Part shown: piece after piece, positions 19,656 to 29,558 of the stretch
Layout of the letters: each line of letters starts with the position of its first letter
Position numbering within the stretch: the first letter of the stretch is position 1
Assembly: GCA_963713755.1 (NCBI GenBank)
Contig: CAVQMW010000005.1
Location: 1,064,501 to 1,128,500 of the forward strand
DNA: 64,000 bases
Source: an uncultured delta proteobacterium
GTDB taxonomy: Bacteria > Desulfobacterota > Desulfobacteria > Desulfobacterales > CAVQMW01
Direction: 5' to 3'
Program-made: the position numbers and the translations under genes
Notes under the pieces: model-generated
Told to the model about the DNA's origin: nothing
What the model saw: only the letters and a program-made list of their open reading frames with translations
Database searches by the model: none

Positions 19656-20210
19656 ATGGAAAAAGTTATCGTGATCGTGGTGGGTCCGGACCGGCCTGGC
19701 ATCATTGCCGCGGTATCGGGGCTGCTGTACCGTCTGGAAGGCAATCTGGAGAATGTCAGCCAAACCATTCTGCAGTCGGTCTTTACAGGGACCTTTATCG
19801 TCAGCCTGCCCGGGAAAATCACCTTGGCCGAGCTCTCCCAAGAGCTGCATAAGATTGCGGCGCCCCTCCATTTGAAGGCCTACGTGGATGAGTTTACGGT
19901 CCCTGAAGGGGGGGCCGGCGAACCGGCCAGTGATCCCTATGTCATCACTACCCGGGGACCGGACCAGAAGGGCCTGGTGGCCCGCATTACGGCGATCCTG
20001 GCGGCCTATGAGGTGAACGTGACCGATCTTCAGGCGGCATTCAAGGGCGGGGACGATCCCGACGACAATATCATGATATATGAGGTGGATCTGCCTCGCG
20101 GCGTCGATCGTCGGATTTTCACCGAGGCGCTGCGGGAAAAGGCCCTCCAGCTCGACCTGCAAATCAACATCCAGCATCGCCGGATTTTCGAGGCGATCAA
20201 CCGCATCTAG
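19656..20210 (+). CDS. tandem ACT-domain protein
   Basis: Two ACT-like repeats: VIVIVVGPDRPGIIAAVSGLL and YVITTRGPDQKGLVARITAIL. GGAG lies upstream of the ATG. It is paired with the UPF0210 gene. Confidence 0.75.
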   Translation: MEKVIVIVVGPDRPGIIAAVSGLLYRLEGNLENVSQTILQSVFTGTFIVSLPGKITLAELSQELHKIAAPLHLKAYVDEFTVPEGGAGEPASDPYVITTRGPDQKGLVARITAILAAYEVNVTDLQAAFKGGDDPDDNIMIYEVDLPRGVDRRIFTEALREKALQLDLQINIQHRRIFEAINRI

Positions 20211-20266
20211 TGCTGCAAACGGCAGCTATCAGTCTGAAATCATAATTATTTTGAAGGACAACCTTT

Positions 20267-21640
20267 ATGCTGACCCAGAGCGAGATCCTGACCACCTTGG
20301 AGATGGTGCGCAATGAGAATCTGGATGTGCGCACCATCACCCTGGGGCTCAACCTGCTGGCCTGCGCCAGTGATGACCTTGGGCGCTTCACGGACAAGAT
20401 CAGGACGCGCATCACCCAGGTGGCGGGAGAATTGGTAGCGGTGTGCGATCGCATTGGCGGCGACTACGGCATCCCGGTGGTCAACAAGCGGATTGCGGTG
20501 AGCCCCATGGCCGTGGCCGGGGCGGCCTTCAACCGCGACCAGATGGTGCGCGTGGCCCAGGCCCTGGACCGGGCCGCGGCGGATGTGGGTGTCGATTTCA
20601 TCGGCGGTTTTTCGGCCCTGACCGAAAAGGGGATGGCCCAGGGCGATCAGGCCCTGATCCGCGCCATCCCCCAGGCTCTGGCGGAAACCGGGCGGGTGTG
20701 CGCCTCGGTCAATGTGGCCTCCAGCAAGGCCGGTATCAACATTGACGCGGTGCTGCAGATGGGCCGCATCATCAAGGAAGCCGCCCGGCTCACCGCCGAC
20801 CGGGACGGCTTGGCCTGCGCCAAATTGTGTGTCTTTGCCAATATTCCCCAGGACATTCCCTTTATGGCCGGGGCCTATCTGGGGATTGGCGAGCCCGATG
20901 CGGTGATCAACGTGGGGGTCAGCGGACCGGGGGTGGTCAAAAAGGCCATTGACCGCGCCCTGTCGGCCCAGGGCGATCTAAACCTGGGGCACCTGTCGGA
21001 GATCATCAAGCGCACTGCCTACAAGGTGACCCGGGTGGGGGAATTGATCGGCCAGGAGGTGGCCGCCGCCCTGGGCATCGGCTTTGGGGTGGTGGATCTC
21101 TCCCTGGCACCTACGCCCCATGTGGGTGACAGCGTAGGGGAGATTTTCCAGAGTCTGGGCCTGCTCAGCATCGGGGTGCCCGGCACCACCGCGGCCCTGG
21201 CCATGCTCAACGATGCCATTAAAAAAGGGGGCGCTTTTGCTAGTTCCCGGGTGGGCGGCCTTTCCGGGGCCTTCATTCCGGTGAGCGAGGATCTGAACAT
21301 CGCCGATGCCGCGGCCCGGGGATATTTGAATCTGGAAAAACTGGAGGCCATGACCAGCGTCTGCTCCGTGGGTCTGGACATGGTGGCCTTGCCCGGGGAT
21401 ACCAGCGCCGAGACCCTCGCGGCCATCATGGCCGACGAAATGGCCATCGGGGTGATCAACAAGAAAACCACCGCCACCCGCCTGATTCCCGTACCCGGCA
21501 AACAGGCCGGCGACCACGCCCGCTTCGGGGGCTTGCTGGGGGAGGCCACCATTATGTCGGTGAACAACGGCCCAGGGGACAATCCCTTTGTCCGCCGGGG
21601 CGGTCTGATCCCGGCGCCCATCCACAGCCTGATCAACTAA
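20267..21640 (+). CDS. UPF0210 / PFL-like (DUF711) family protein
   Basis: N-terminus ILTTLEMVRNENLDVRTITLGLNL. Length of about 450 aa and the upstream ACT partner are typical for UPF0210. Confidence 0.75.
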   Translation: MLTQSEILTTLEMVRNENLDVRTITLGLNLLACASDDLGRFTDKIRTRITQVAGELVAVCDRIGGDYGIPVVNKRIAVSPMAVAGAAFNRDQMVRVAQALDRAAADVGVDFIGGFSALTEKGMAQGDQALIRAIPQALAETGRVCASVNVASSKAGINIDAVLQMGRIIKEAARLTADRDGLACAKLCVFANIPQDIPFMAGAYLGIGEPDAVINVGVSGPGVVKKAIDRALSAQGDLNLGHLSEIIKRTAYKVTRVGELIGQEVAAALGIGFGVVDLSLAPTPHVGDSVGEIFQSLGLLSIGVPGTTAALAMLNDAIKKGGAFASSRVGGLSGAFIPVSEDLNIADAAARGYLNLEKLEAMTSVCSVGLDMVALPGDTSAETLAAIMADEMAIGVINKKTTATRLIPVPGKQAGDHARFGGLLGEATIMSVNNGPGDNPFVRRGGLIPAPIHSLIN

Positions 21641-21718
21641 TTTCCCCATGCCCAGCTAAACCGGGGTGGTTCCTTGAGTTGGCTAAACCGCCTGGGCAAA
21701 ATGCCGATCTATATAACC

Positions 21719-22729
21719 ATGGGAAAATTAATCTTGTGGAGGCTAAAATTTTTTTTGATGGGCGGCCTGATCAGCTTCACCCTGCTTGCAAATTTGGCGG
21801 TTGGCCGGGCAGAATCGGTCTACATCCATAAATACCAGGATCCCCAGGGCGTGTGGCATTTCAGCGACACGCTGCCCCAGACCGATCACGCGCTGGAGAG
21901 TGAAGAGGCGCTGGCCTCGGCGCCCCGGCAAAAGGTGCGTCTCCAGCGGGAGCCCATGGGCCAGGGACAAGGGGATCGGGTGCTGGGGGCCAACGACTAT
22001 GCCGGACCGGTTGAGGTCGGCGTGGAGGTTATGGCGGCTAAAAATGTGGCTCTTGAGGATGCCCGGGGCGTTGCGGTCCGCAAGGTCGGAAAGCTTCGGC
22101 GCTACATCCTCCCGCCGGGATATTCGGGGCCGCTCTTCACCATTCGGCCCCAGAACCTGCGAAAAAGCTGGCGCTATAAATACCAATACCGCTACGTGCC
22201 CGGCGATCCCCGGGCCGTGCCCGATTCCGACGTTCTTTACCGGCTTCCCTTTGAGGGCGGTCCCTTTCCCGTGACTCAGGCCTTTCATGGCAAGGCGAGT
22301 CATCAGGACCCCCATAACCGCTATGCCGTGGATATTGCCATGCCCGTGGGAACCCCGGTGGCTTGCGCCCGTTCAGGGGTGGTGATGGAGGCCATGAACG
22401 ACTATTTCTGGTCCGGAAAGGATTCGGCCTATTACGGTCCCCGCAGCAACCTGGTGCGTATCCTCCACGACGACGGCAGCATGGCCCTCTATGCCCATCT
22501 GCGGCGGGGGTCGGTGGCTTTCGAACCGGGCCGGAGGGTGGCCGCCGGGGAGATTATCGCCCTGAGCGGCAATACCGGCTACTCCAGCGGCCCCCATCTC
22601 CACTTCAGCGTGCTGGTCAACCGCGGCATGGAGGTGGTCTCTTTGCCCTTTAGATTCGCGGGAGTAAACGGAGAGGGCCTTAATCCCCGGACCGGGATCC
22701 TGTTGGGCCTGCCGGCCGCCGGGCCTTGA
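21719..22729 (+). CDS. M23 family metallopeptidase with an N-terminal DUF4124-like segment
   Basis: HxxxD-type HNRYAVDIAMPVGTPV and GNTGYSSGPHLHFSV. Signal-like N-terminus MGKLILWRLKFFLMGGLISF. Alternative starts at 21674 and 21701. Confidence 0.8.
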   Translation: MGKLILWRLKFFLMGGLISFTLLANLAVGRAESVYIHKYQDPQGVWHFSDTLPQTDHALESEEALASAPRQKVRLQREPMGQGQGDRVLGANDYAGPVEVGVEVMAAKNVALEDARGVAVRKVGKLRRYILPPGYSGPLFTIRPQNLRKSWRYKYQYRYVPGDPRAVPDSDVLYRLPFEGGPFPVTQAFHGKASHQDPHNRYAVDIAMPVGTPVACARSGVVMEAMNDYFWSGKDSAYYGPRSNLVRILHDDGSMALYAHLRRGSVAFEPGRRVAAGEIIALSGNTGYSSGPHLHFSVLVNRGMEVVSLPFRFAGVNGEGLNPRTGILLGLPAAGP

Positions 22730-22735
22730 TAGTGA

Positions 22736-23746
22736 TTATTTTTTAGTGGCCGCCATGGTGAAGCAGTTGATCCGGTTGCCGATGATAAACCAGATCAGCT
22801 GGGTCATCAACGTTGAGGTCCGGGTGGGTCGCGGGAAATGCTTGAGATCTTCGGGTTGAAAGTTCTTGCGGTAAACCCCCGAGAGCCGATTCATGGCCCA
22901 GCTGATGGCCTGCACCAGGGGAAAGCCGGAGAAGGTGCGTTTGAACTGGTGGTACTCCGGCAGGGAGTAGGCATAGAAGTAATCGCGGATGCGTAAGGGG
23001 CCGAAGGCGCCGATGTAGCTCAGCTGGTTGCGGTCGAACCACTGCAGCACCTCCTCGGCGGTGTGGATGCTCTCGTGGGGAAATCCGAAGACATCGTAGG
23101 CGATGGCCTCGCGGTTGGTCTTGCCGTAACGCTTGTTCATGGAGGCCATGAAAAAGGGAAAGAGGGTCTGGCCGATGCGCGCCCGCTTGTCGATGTCAGC
23201 CCCCCCCAGCAGCTTGCAGATGTTCTGCTTGATGCGCAGCAGGCAGCGGCTGTAGGCGTTGTAGAGGCTGACGATGACCACCCCGCCCGGGCGGGTCATG
23301 CGGCACAGCTCGGCAAAGCCGCTTTCCGGATCTCCGGTGTGGTGCAGGACCCCCACGGAGTAGGCGTAGTCAAAGGCTTCGTCGGGAAACAGATCGCGAT
23401 CCAGGTTGAGAATGTCGGCCTTGCGGAAGGAGATGTTGGTCAGGCCGGCCTGCTCCTTTTTTTGATTGGCCAGCTGTAGGGAGCCCTCGGAAAGGTCCAC
23501 GCCCAGCACCTCTTTGGCCCCGTTGGCCGCGTACCACAGGGCGTACTCCCCGGTGCCGCAACCCAGTTCGAGCACCCGCTTTCCGGCAAAGTCCTCCTTG
23601 CGGACCCCCAGCATGCGCAGCCGCCAGCCCATCTCCTGATCCGCCTCCCGGGTGGAGGGCCAGGGGATCTTGGAGTACATGCCCACCACGGTTTCCCGGA
23701 TCCGGTCAATTTCAGCTTGGTCGTATTTACTCTTGGTTCGCGTCAT
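22736..23746 (-). CDS. class I SAM-dependent methyltransferase
   Basis: VLELGCGTGEYALWYA (motif I) followed by VLGVDLS. Confidence 0.8.
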   Translation of the reverse strand: MTRTKSKYDQAEIDRIRETVVGMYSKIPWPSTREADQEMGWRLRMLGVRKEDFAGKRVLELGCGTGEYALWYAANGAKEVLGVDLSEGSLQLANQKKEQAGLTNISFRKADILNLDRDLFPDEAFDYAYSVGVLHHTGDPESGFAELCRMTRPGGVVIVSLYNAYSRCLLRIKQNICKLLGGADIDKRARIGQTLFPFFMASMNKRYGKTNREAIAYDVFGFPHESIHTAEEVLQWFDRNQLSYIGAFGPLRIRDYFYAYSLPEYHQFKRTFSGFPLVQAISWAMNRLSGVYRKNFQPEDLKHFPRPTRTSTLMTQLIWFIIGNRINCFTMAATKK

Positions 23747-24529
23747 TTAAGGCGTCTCTCCTTCACGGAATTTTTTAACGGTTGCCGGCGACCCCATGGC
23801 AATGGCGTAGGGCGGGATCGCGCCTTTGACCAGGGAATTGGCGCCGATAATGGCGCCGGTTTCAATTTCCGCACCATCGGCCACCAGCACCGCGGCCCCC
23901 AGCCAGACGTCGCCGGCAATGCGGATGCCCCGTCCCGGCTGGAAGCCCTGGGCCATCATGGGCAGATCCCTTTGTTCATGCCGGTAATCGGGTCCGCCGA
24001 TCAGGTAGCAGTTGGCGGCGATGACACTGTGGGGGCCGACCGTGACCTGGCTTTCCTCCACGGCGTGAATGATGGTGTTGGGACCGATGGAGATGTCGTG
24101 GCCCAATCGGATGGCGCCGTTTTTACAGCCCATCAGCACATTGCGGGAGACAAAGACCCGATCGCCGATCTCGATGCCTCCCGGCGGGTCCCCCTTGGCG
24201 TCCAGCACACAGTTGTCATCGATCACCACCTGATTCCCGATGGAAATATTGCCGGGATTGCGAATGGAGATCCCGCTGCCAAAGAGCACCCCCTTGCCCA
24301 GGCTCCGGAACAGCGGCCGGTAGGCCAAGGCGCGCAAGGCCAGGCCCAGGGCGCCGGGAATATTGCGAAACAGGGTGGTGACAATTTCAAAGTAGATGAA
24401 CCGGGCCCAGTTCTGGTCGCCCACGCTCAGGGATTTGTATTTGGAGACGAACCCGCCGCCCCCGGGTTGAAAGATCTGGGAATGGATCTTCCTGGGGCTC
24501 AATTGAGGTAGCCTTCTGCCCGGTACCAC
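23747..24529 (-). CDS. left-handed beta-helix (hexapeptide-repeat) acyl/acetyltransferase
   Basis: Repeated [LIV]G-x4 hexapeptides, for example IGNQVVIDDNCVL and IGDRVFVSRNVLM. C-terminal IGANSLV. Confidence 0.75.
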   Translation of the reverse strand: MVPGRRLPQLSPRKIHSQIFQPGGGGFVSKYKSLSVGDQNWARFIYFEIVTTLFRNIPGALGLALRALAYRPLFRSLGKGVLFGSGISIRNPGNISIGNQVVIDDNCVLDAKGDPPGGIEIGDRVFVSRNVLMGCKNGAIRLGHDISIGPNTIIHAVEESQVTVGPHSVIAANCYLIGGPDYRHEQRDLPMMAQGFQPGRGIRIAGDVWLGAAVLVADGAEIETGAIIGANSLVKGAIPPYAIAMGSPATVKKFREGETP

Positions 24530-25485
24530 TGGGCGGTGCGGCGCAGGCCCTCTTCAATCCCTACCTTGGGGGCGTAGCCCAGGTCGCGTTGTGCCTTGCC
24601 GATGTTGAAGGCGCGGTTCTGGCGGTACCAGTCCACCCGCCGGGGGAAGATGGGCGGGTTGATTTTCAGGGGCCGGCAGATCTTCTCGCATAGATACCCG
24701 GCGGCCCGCAGGGGCATCAGCGGCAGGTGGGGGATGTTGACCTTGACCTCCAGGGCCTCGGCGGTGAGCTGCACCAAGCGTTTGATGGATAGATATTCTT
24801 TGTCGGCGATGAGGTAGGCCTGGCCCTCGCCCTTGCCGGGTTCCATGGCCAGCATGAAGGCATCCACCAGATTGTCGATATACAGGGGGTGGTAGAGAGT
24901 CTCCCCGCTGCCGAACATGGGAAAGACCCCCTGATTGACCCGCTTGAAGATCATCTGGAAACGCTCCGGGTCCCCGGGGCCGTAAATGGCTGCCGGCCGG
25001 ATAATGACGGTTTTGAGTCCCTTTTGGAAGAACTCCGCCACCACCGGTTCAGCTTCGTATTTGGTTTGCTGGTAGTAGTCGGCGGCATGGATGGGGGCGG
25101 TCTCGTCCCCGGGAGGATGGTCGATGTTGCCGTGGACCCCGCAGGTGCTGCAGTAGATGAACTTCTTCACGTCGGCCGCCTGGGCGGCTTCCAGCATGGT
25201 GCGAGTGCCGCCCACATTGACCTCGTGGTAGTAGTCATCGGAGACATTCAGCTCCCGAAAGGCGGCGGCCAGGTGCTGCACCACCTCCGCGCCTTGCACG
25301 CAGCGCCGCGCGGTTTCCGGGTCGGTGACACTGCCGATCACCACTTCGGCGCCCCATTGGCGGATTTCATCGGTTTTATGGCCCTCCTGGTAATCCAGGG
25401 CCACCACCTGATGCCCCTCCTCCAGAAGCCGCTTGACCAGTGCCTTGCCGCTAAACCCTGTCCCACCGGTGACCAGTACCTTCAT
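24499..25485 (-). CDS. NAD-dependent sugar epimerase/dehydratase
   Basis: MKVLVTGGTGFSGKAL Rossmann motif and a YQQTK (YxxxK) motif. Confidence 0.85.
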   Translation of the reverse strand: MKVLVTGGTGFSGKALVKRLLEEGHQVVALDYQEGHKTDEIRQWGAEVVIGSVTDPETARRCVQGAEVVQHLAAAFRELNVSDDYYHEVNVGGTRTMLEAAQAADVKKFIYCSTCGVHGNIDHPPGDETAPIHAADYYQQTKYEAEPVVAEFFQKGLKTVIIRPAAIYGPGDPERFQMIFKRVNQGVFPMFGSGETLYHPLYIDNLVDAFMLAMEPGKGEGQAYLIADKEYLSIKRLVQLTAEALEVKVNIPHLPLMPLRAAGYLCEKICRPLKINPPIFPRRVDWYRQNRAFNIGKAQRDLGYAPKVGIEEGLRRTAQWYRAEGYLN

Positions 25486-25504
25486 CTACCCGTTCCTTGT
25501 CCAG

Positions 25505-27365
25505 TTAGTTGAAAAAACGGTTGTTCCAGATCGCAATGTTGATCAGCCCCCACAGTACGTGGTTGTGGTTCTGGACTCTGCGGCTATGCTCGTCCATGAG
25601 CTGATTGACATAGGCGCGCTCCATGTTCTCGGCGATGATGGGCGAATCGTTGAGCAGCTCCACCATGTAGGGTTTCAGGCGTCCCCGCAGCAGGTGCTTC
25701 ACCGGCAGGCTGTAGCCCTGTTTGCCGCGCTGGACGATGTTTTGCGGCAGGATGCCTTCCAGGGCCGAGCGGAAGACATGTTTGGTTTCGAGCCCTTTGA
25801 GCTTCCAGTCGCCGGGCAGGGCCGCCATGTACTCCACCAGGGGGTGGTCCAGCAGCGGTACCCGGATTTCCAGGGAGCTGGCCATGCTCATCTTGTCGAC
25901 CTTCATCAGCACGCTGTCGGTCATCATGAAGCGCATGTCGAGGTAGATTTCGCGGTTGATGAGATCCTCGGCATCGCAGCGGGCGTTGTATTGACGCACC
26001 TGGCGAAAGGGGTCCAGCCGGGTGGCGGCCTTGAACTCAGGGTTGAACAAGCGCTGGGCCATGGCTGGCGTGGAGAAATACTGCCAGCGCAGATGACCCC
26101 CTTCCGCCGGCAGATCGGCGCCCTCGACGAAGCGCTTGAGCATGTTGACCGGCCCCTTTTTCTGGGGCTGATCCGGCAGCCGGCGTACCAGTCTGGAGAC
26201 CACCTCGCTGCGTAGCACCCGGGGCAGGGCGCGATAGTAGCGCCACAGTTTGCTGGCCTTGAAGCGGTCATAGCCGGCAAAGCTCTCGTCGCCCCTTCGC
26301 CGCTGAGGCAGACGGTGACATGCTCGCGGCCTTTTGGCAGACCAGGAAGAGCGGCACCGTGGAGAGGTCGGTCATGGGTTCGTCCAGGTGCCAGAGGGCC
26401 TTCTCCACATACTGCGGCCTGATATCGTCGATCATCAGTACATGGTGCTCGGTCTCGAAATGGTCGGCCACGATCTGGGCGTATTCCAGCTCGCTGAAGG
26501 TCTTGTCTTCGTAGCCGATGGTGAAGGTTCGCAGAGGGCCGCTGATGTGGCGGCGCATCATGGCCACGATGGTGCTGGAGTCGAGACCGCCGGAGAGAAA
26601 CACGCCCAGCGGTACATCACTCACCAGATGGCTTTTCACCGCCTCGTCCAAAAGGACGCGTTGCCGCTCCACGGCAGCTTCATAGCTGGGCAGCTGGCGG
26701 CCGTTGAATTTAAGATCCCAGTAGGGTTTCAGCTCGGCCCGACCCCCCTGCCAGCGAACCCAGTGCCCGGCCGGTATTTTGTAGATATCCTGAAACATGG
26801 TGTCGGGCGCCGGCACGAACTCAAAGCCGAGGTAGTCATACAGCGCTTGTCGGTTAAGACGCCGGGCGACGCCGTCGTATTCCAGAATGGCCTTGATTTC
26901 AGAGGCAAACACCAGTCGCTCGCCCCGCTGGTAGTAGTAGAGAGGTTTGATGCCGATGCGGTCGCGCACCAGAAAGAGCTCCTGGCTGCGGGTGTCCCAG
27001 ATGGCGAAGGCGAACATCCCCCGCAGGCGCTGAACCACCTCGATGCCGAACTCTTCATATCCGTGGAGGATCACTTCCGAATCGCTGTTGCTGGTAAAGC
27101 GGTGTCCTTTGGCCTCCAGCAGGGGCCGCAGCTCCATGAAATTGTAGATTTCGCCGTTGAACACCAGGGCCAGGCTGCGATCCTCGTTGAACATGGGTTG
27201 GCGGCCGTTTTCGCTCAGATCGATGATGCTCAGCCGGCGATGGCCGAGAGAGACCCCGCTGTCGCTGTAACTCCCCTGCTGGTCGGGTCCGCGGTGGGCC
27301 AACACCCCGGTCATCCGCTGCACCAGCGGTTCATCCTGCCAGGTAAAGCCGCAAATTCCGCACAT
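25505..27365 (-). pseudogene. asnB: asparagine synthase (glutamine-hydrolysing), interrupted by two 1-nt frame shifts around 26285-26325
   Basis: The N-terminal ORF 26268-27365 starts MCGICGF and carries SGGLDSS. The C-terminal ORF 25505-26218 is in another frame. Between them a third frame reads EHVTVCLSGEG, then DESFAGYDRFKASKLWRYY follows in the C-terminal frame. Together these restore the canonical SGEGxDExFxGY block. Confidence 0.85.
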
Positions 27366-27475
27366 GGGGCGCTGAGGTCCTTTTGAAACTGGTTGCCGAA
27401 TAGCTAAAAATTGATGCCTGAGCAGTCACGATCTCCATGGACCGCCCGGCGAATTCAAACCCAACACACTATCCC

Positions 27476-27495
27476 TTGACAAACTTTATTGTCAA
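27476..27495. promoter_or_regulatory. perfect 7-6-7 palindrome TTGACAA-ACTTTA-TTGTCAA (candidate operator / divergent -35 boxes)
   Basis: Seen directly at 27476-27495 in the asnB upstream / divergent intergenic region. It is flanked by CGAATTCAAAC (about 27449) and CGAATTTGAAAC (about 27496). Confidence 0.4.
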
Positions 27496-27697
27496 CGAAT
27501 TTGAAACCTGAAGCGAGTCCCCGGTTGGGCAGGATCCTCAACTAGGGCGGGAGGCATTGGAACGACGGGTTGTATTCTTCAGGGGAGGCCTTGCGCTGTG
27601 GTGGATTGGTGCTACTTTGATTATTAAGCCTAATTGTTAAGCCTAATGCCGGGCGGTGTTCCCCGGCCCGGATCCGACACGCATAGGACCCTATCCC

Positions 27698-27922
27698 ATG
27701 CCCTTTATCCGCCAGTCTGGTATTTGCGGAAAAATTTATGTGCCCGAACCCAGCGCAAAGATCGGTACCAAGCACCCCTGCCGGGACTGCTTTGCCTGCC
27801 AGATGTGCAGCGAGGACCGCTGCCGGATTTGCCGGGATGTCGCCCGGGGCTCGCGTTGCGGCAAGGGGGGAACGGTTGGTTTTAAAAGCCCGGTGGGCTG
27901 CCGGACCCGGAACAGCTCTTGA
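27698..27922 (+). CDS. small cysteine-rich hypothetical protein (74 aa)
   Basis: From ATG 27698 the third codon positions are G/C-rich like the bona fide genes. It has 9 Cys, including CRDCFACQMCSEDRCRIC. There is only a weak AGGA upstream. Confidence 0.4.
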   Translation: MPFIRQSGICGKIYVPEPSAKIGTKHPCRDCFACQMCSEDRCRICRDVARGSRCGKGGTVGFKSPVGCRTRNSS

Positions 27923-27978
27923 GCTGCGTGACATGCCAAGAGACAATCGTCAGCCCTGGATTTTTGCCCTCCCGCGTA

Positions 27979-29529
27979 TCAATTCAAATTGCTGAGCGCC
28001 GGAATGCGATAGCGCTGCTGGATTTGGCGATGGATGGCCTCAATGTCGGCAGGGTCGAGATAGAGGGCGTGAGGGCGCTGCTCCAACTCGATTTTATGGA
28101 AGCCGCTGATGGGGCTTTCCAAGGCCAGGGGGAGATCTTCCAGACGGGAAACGGTTCGCCCGTTGATCTGGCGCACGACCATGTTGCTTAGCTCCTCGTA
28201 GCCCAGGGTATAGGTGGTGGGAATCACGCCGGCCAGAATCACGATTTTACGGCGCGTTTCATCGGCCATATAATCCTGGCGGTGCAAATATCGGAACAGA
28301 TGCCAGGGGCGCCGGCTGCCGTTTTTCAGGTAGGGCTCCAGATAGGGGGCGCTGAGTTCCTGGAACACCAGCCCGCCGAGGATGAAATAGCGGGGCGCGC
28401 GGTCCACCACATAGGGCGGCACCAGGTAGTCGTCGGCCGGGGTGTGCTCCAGGAGCAGCGCCAGGGTGACGTGCTGACCTTGGCGAACCACCTCCAGGTT
28501 GACGGTTTCGCCGGCACGAAAGCGGCAGCGCAGCAGGTGAACCATGTCCAGGTTGCCGTATTGGGGATCGCGGTATTGCCCCTGGGTGTCGATCTCATAT
28601 TGTTCCACCTTCACCAGAACATCGCCTTTGCGTACCCCGGCCGCTTGCCCCGGGCTGCGGGGCCGCACCGCCTCGATGAATACCCCGCCATCCCCCTCCC
28701 CAAGTCCCAAGTGGTGTCGCAGTTCGCTATCCTTCAGTGCGGCGTAGCGAATTCCCGCGGTGGGAAACCCCTGGTACTCCCCGGTTTGGGCGTCGGCCAG
28801 GAAGTGTTCGATGACCGGTACCGCGATCACCTCCATGATTTGGGTATCGCTGTCGTATTTGTGGAGCAGTCCCGCCAGCCGAGGGCCGTTTAATACCGGT
28901 AAGCTGAAATGGCCTTCGCGATGGGTCAATGTACCATGGAGGCGATAGATGAGAAACTGGCTACGATACGGGAATTCGGCCACTTCTACACTGATCACGG
29001 GATGGGCGCTGGGGATGGCTTCGCCCTTGGTCCGGGGCTGCAGCACGGTCAGCTGATCCCCAGGGGCGGCGCCCGGCGCCAGCCGCAAGGGCTGGGTGTC
29101 CGCCAAAAAATCGGGATCCAACGGTTTGAGCAACGCCAAGTTGGCTTCATAATCGACCACCACCAGCTGCGCTTGACTTTGGACATCGCTGTCCATGCGA
29201 GTCAGTTCGATGGTGCGGTGATTGGCCACGGGTTGCGCGGTAATCAGAATAAGCCCGCCGGGTAGGATCGCGCCGATGGTTTGGCGGGCCGGCCCCGGCT
29301 GCAGGTGCCAGGGGCGCTGGGGCGAGTAGCGCCAATTGGTGGCTTCAACCTGAACGAAGGATCGGGGCATTTCCCGGACCAGGTCCAAGGGCTGGGCGCC
29401 CAGGTGGCGATAGGGTTGTCCGCAGCTGGCTAGGGTGGCAAGCAGCAGAGCGCCGGCCAGTAAGGCGAAAAGCCGTCGGGTTGCCGCCGGCCCCGGAAGG
29501 AATATATTCTTTTTCGTGAATTGGGTCAT
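27979..29529 (-). CDS. Deg/HtrA-like protease paralog with a degenerate catalytic triad (probable pseudo-protease) plus a PDZ-like region
   Basis: Collinear with the downstream-encoded protease: PRYFILGGLVFQELS against PRYVIFAGLVFQPLS. At the catalytic positions, HDCDLALL corresponds to DYEANLALL and GNSGGPV corresponds to GHFSLPV. The N-terminus is lipoprotein-like (LLLATLASCGQ). Confidence 0.7.
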   Translation of the reverse strand: MTQFTKKNIFLPGPAATRRLFALLAGALLLATLASCGQPYRHLGAQPLDLVREMPRSFVQVEATNWRYSPQRPWHLQPGPARQTIGAILPGGLILITAQPVANHRTIELTRMDSDVQSQAQLVVVDYEANLALLKPLDPDFLADTQPLRLAPGAAPGDQLTVLQPRTKGEAIPSAHPVISVEVAEFPYRSQFLIYRLHGTLTHREGHFSLPVLNGPRLAGLLHKYDSDTQIMEVIAVPVIEHFLADAQTGEYQGFPTAGIRYAALKDSELRHHLGLGEGDGGVFIEAVRPRSPGQAAGVRKGDVLVKVEQYEIDTQGQYRDPQYGNLDMVHLLRCRFRAGETVNLEVVRQGQHVTLALLLEHTPADDYLVPPYVVDRAPRYFILGGLVFQELSAPYLEPYLKNGSRRPWHLFRYLHRQDYMADETRRKIVILAGVIPTTYTLGYEELSNMVVRQINGRTVSRLEDLPLALESPISGFHKIELEQRPHALYLDPADIEAIHRQIQQRYRIPALSNLN

Positions 29530-29558
29530 GGTCTTGGACTAGCGTCTTGGGTCAGCAT

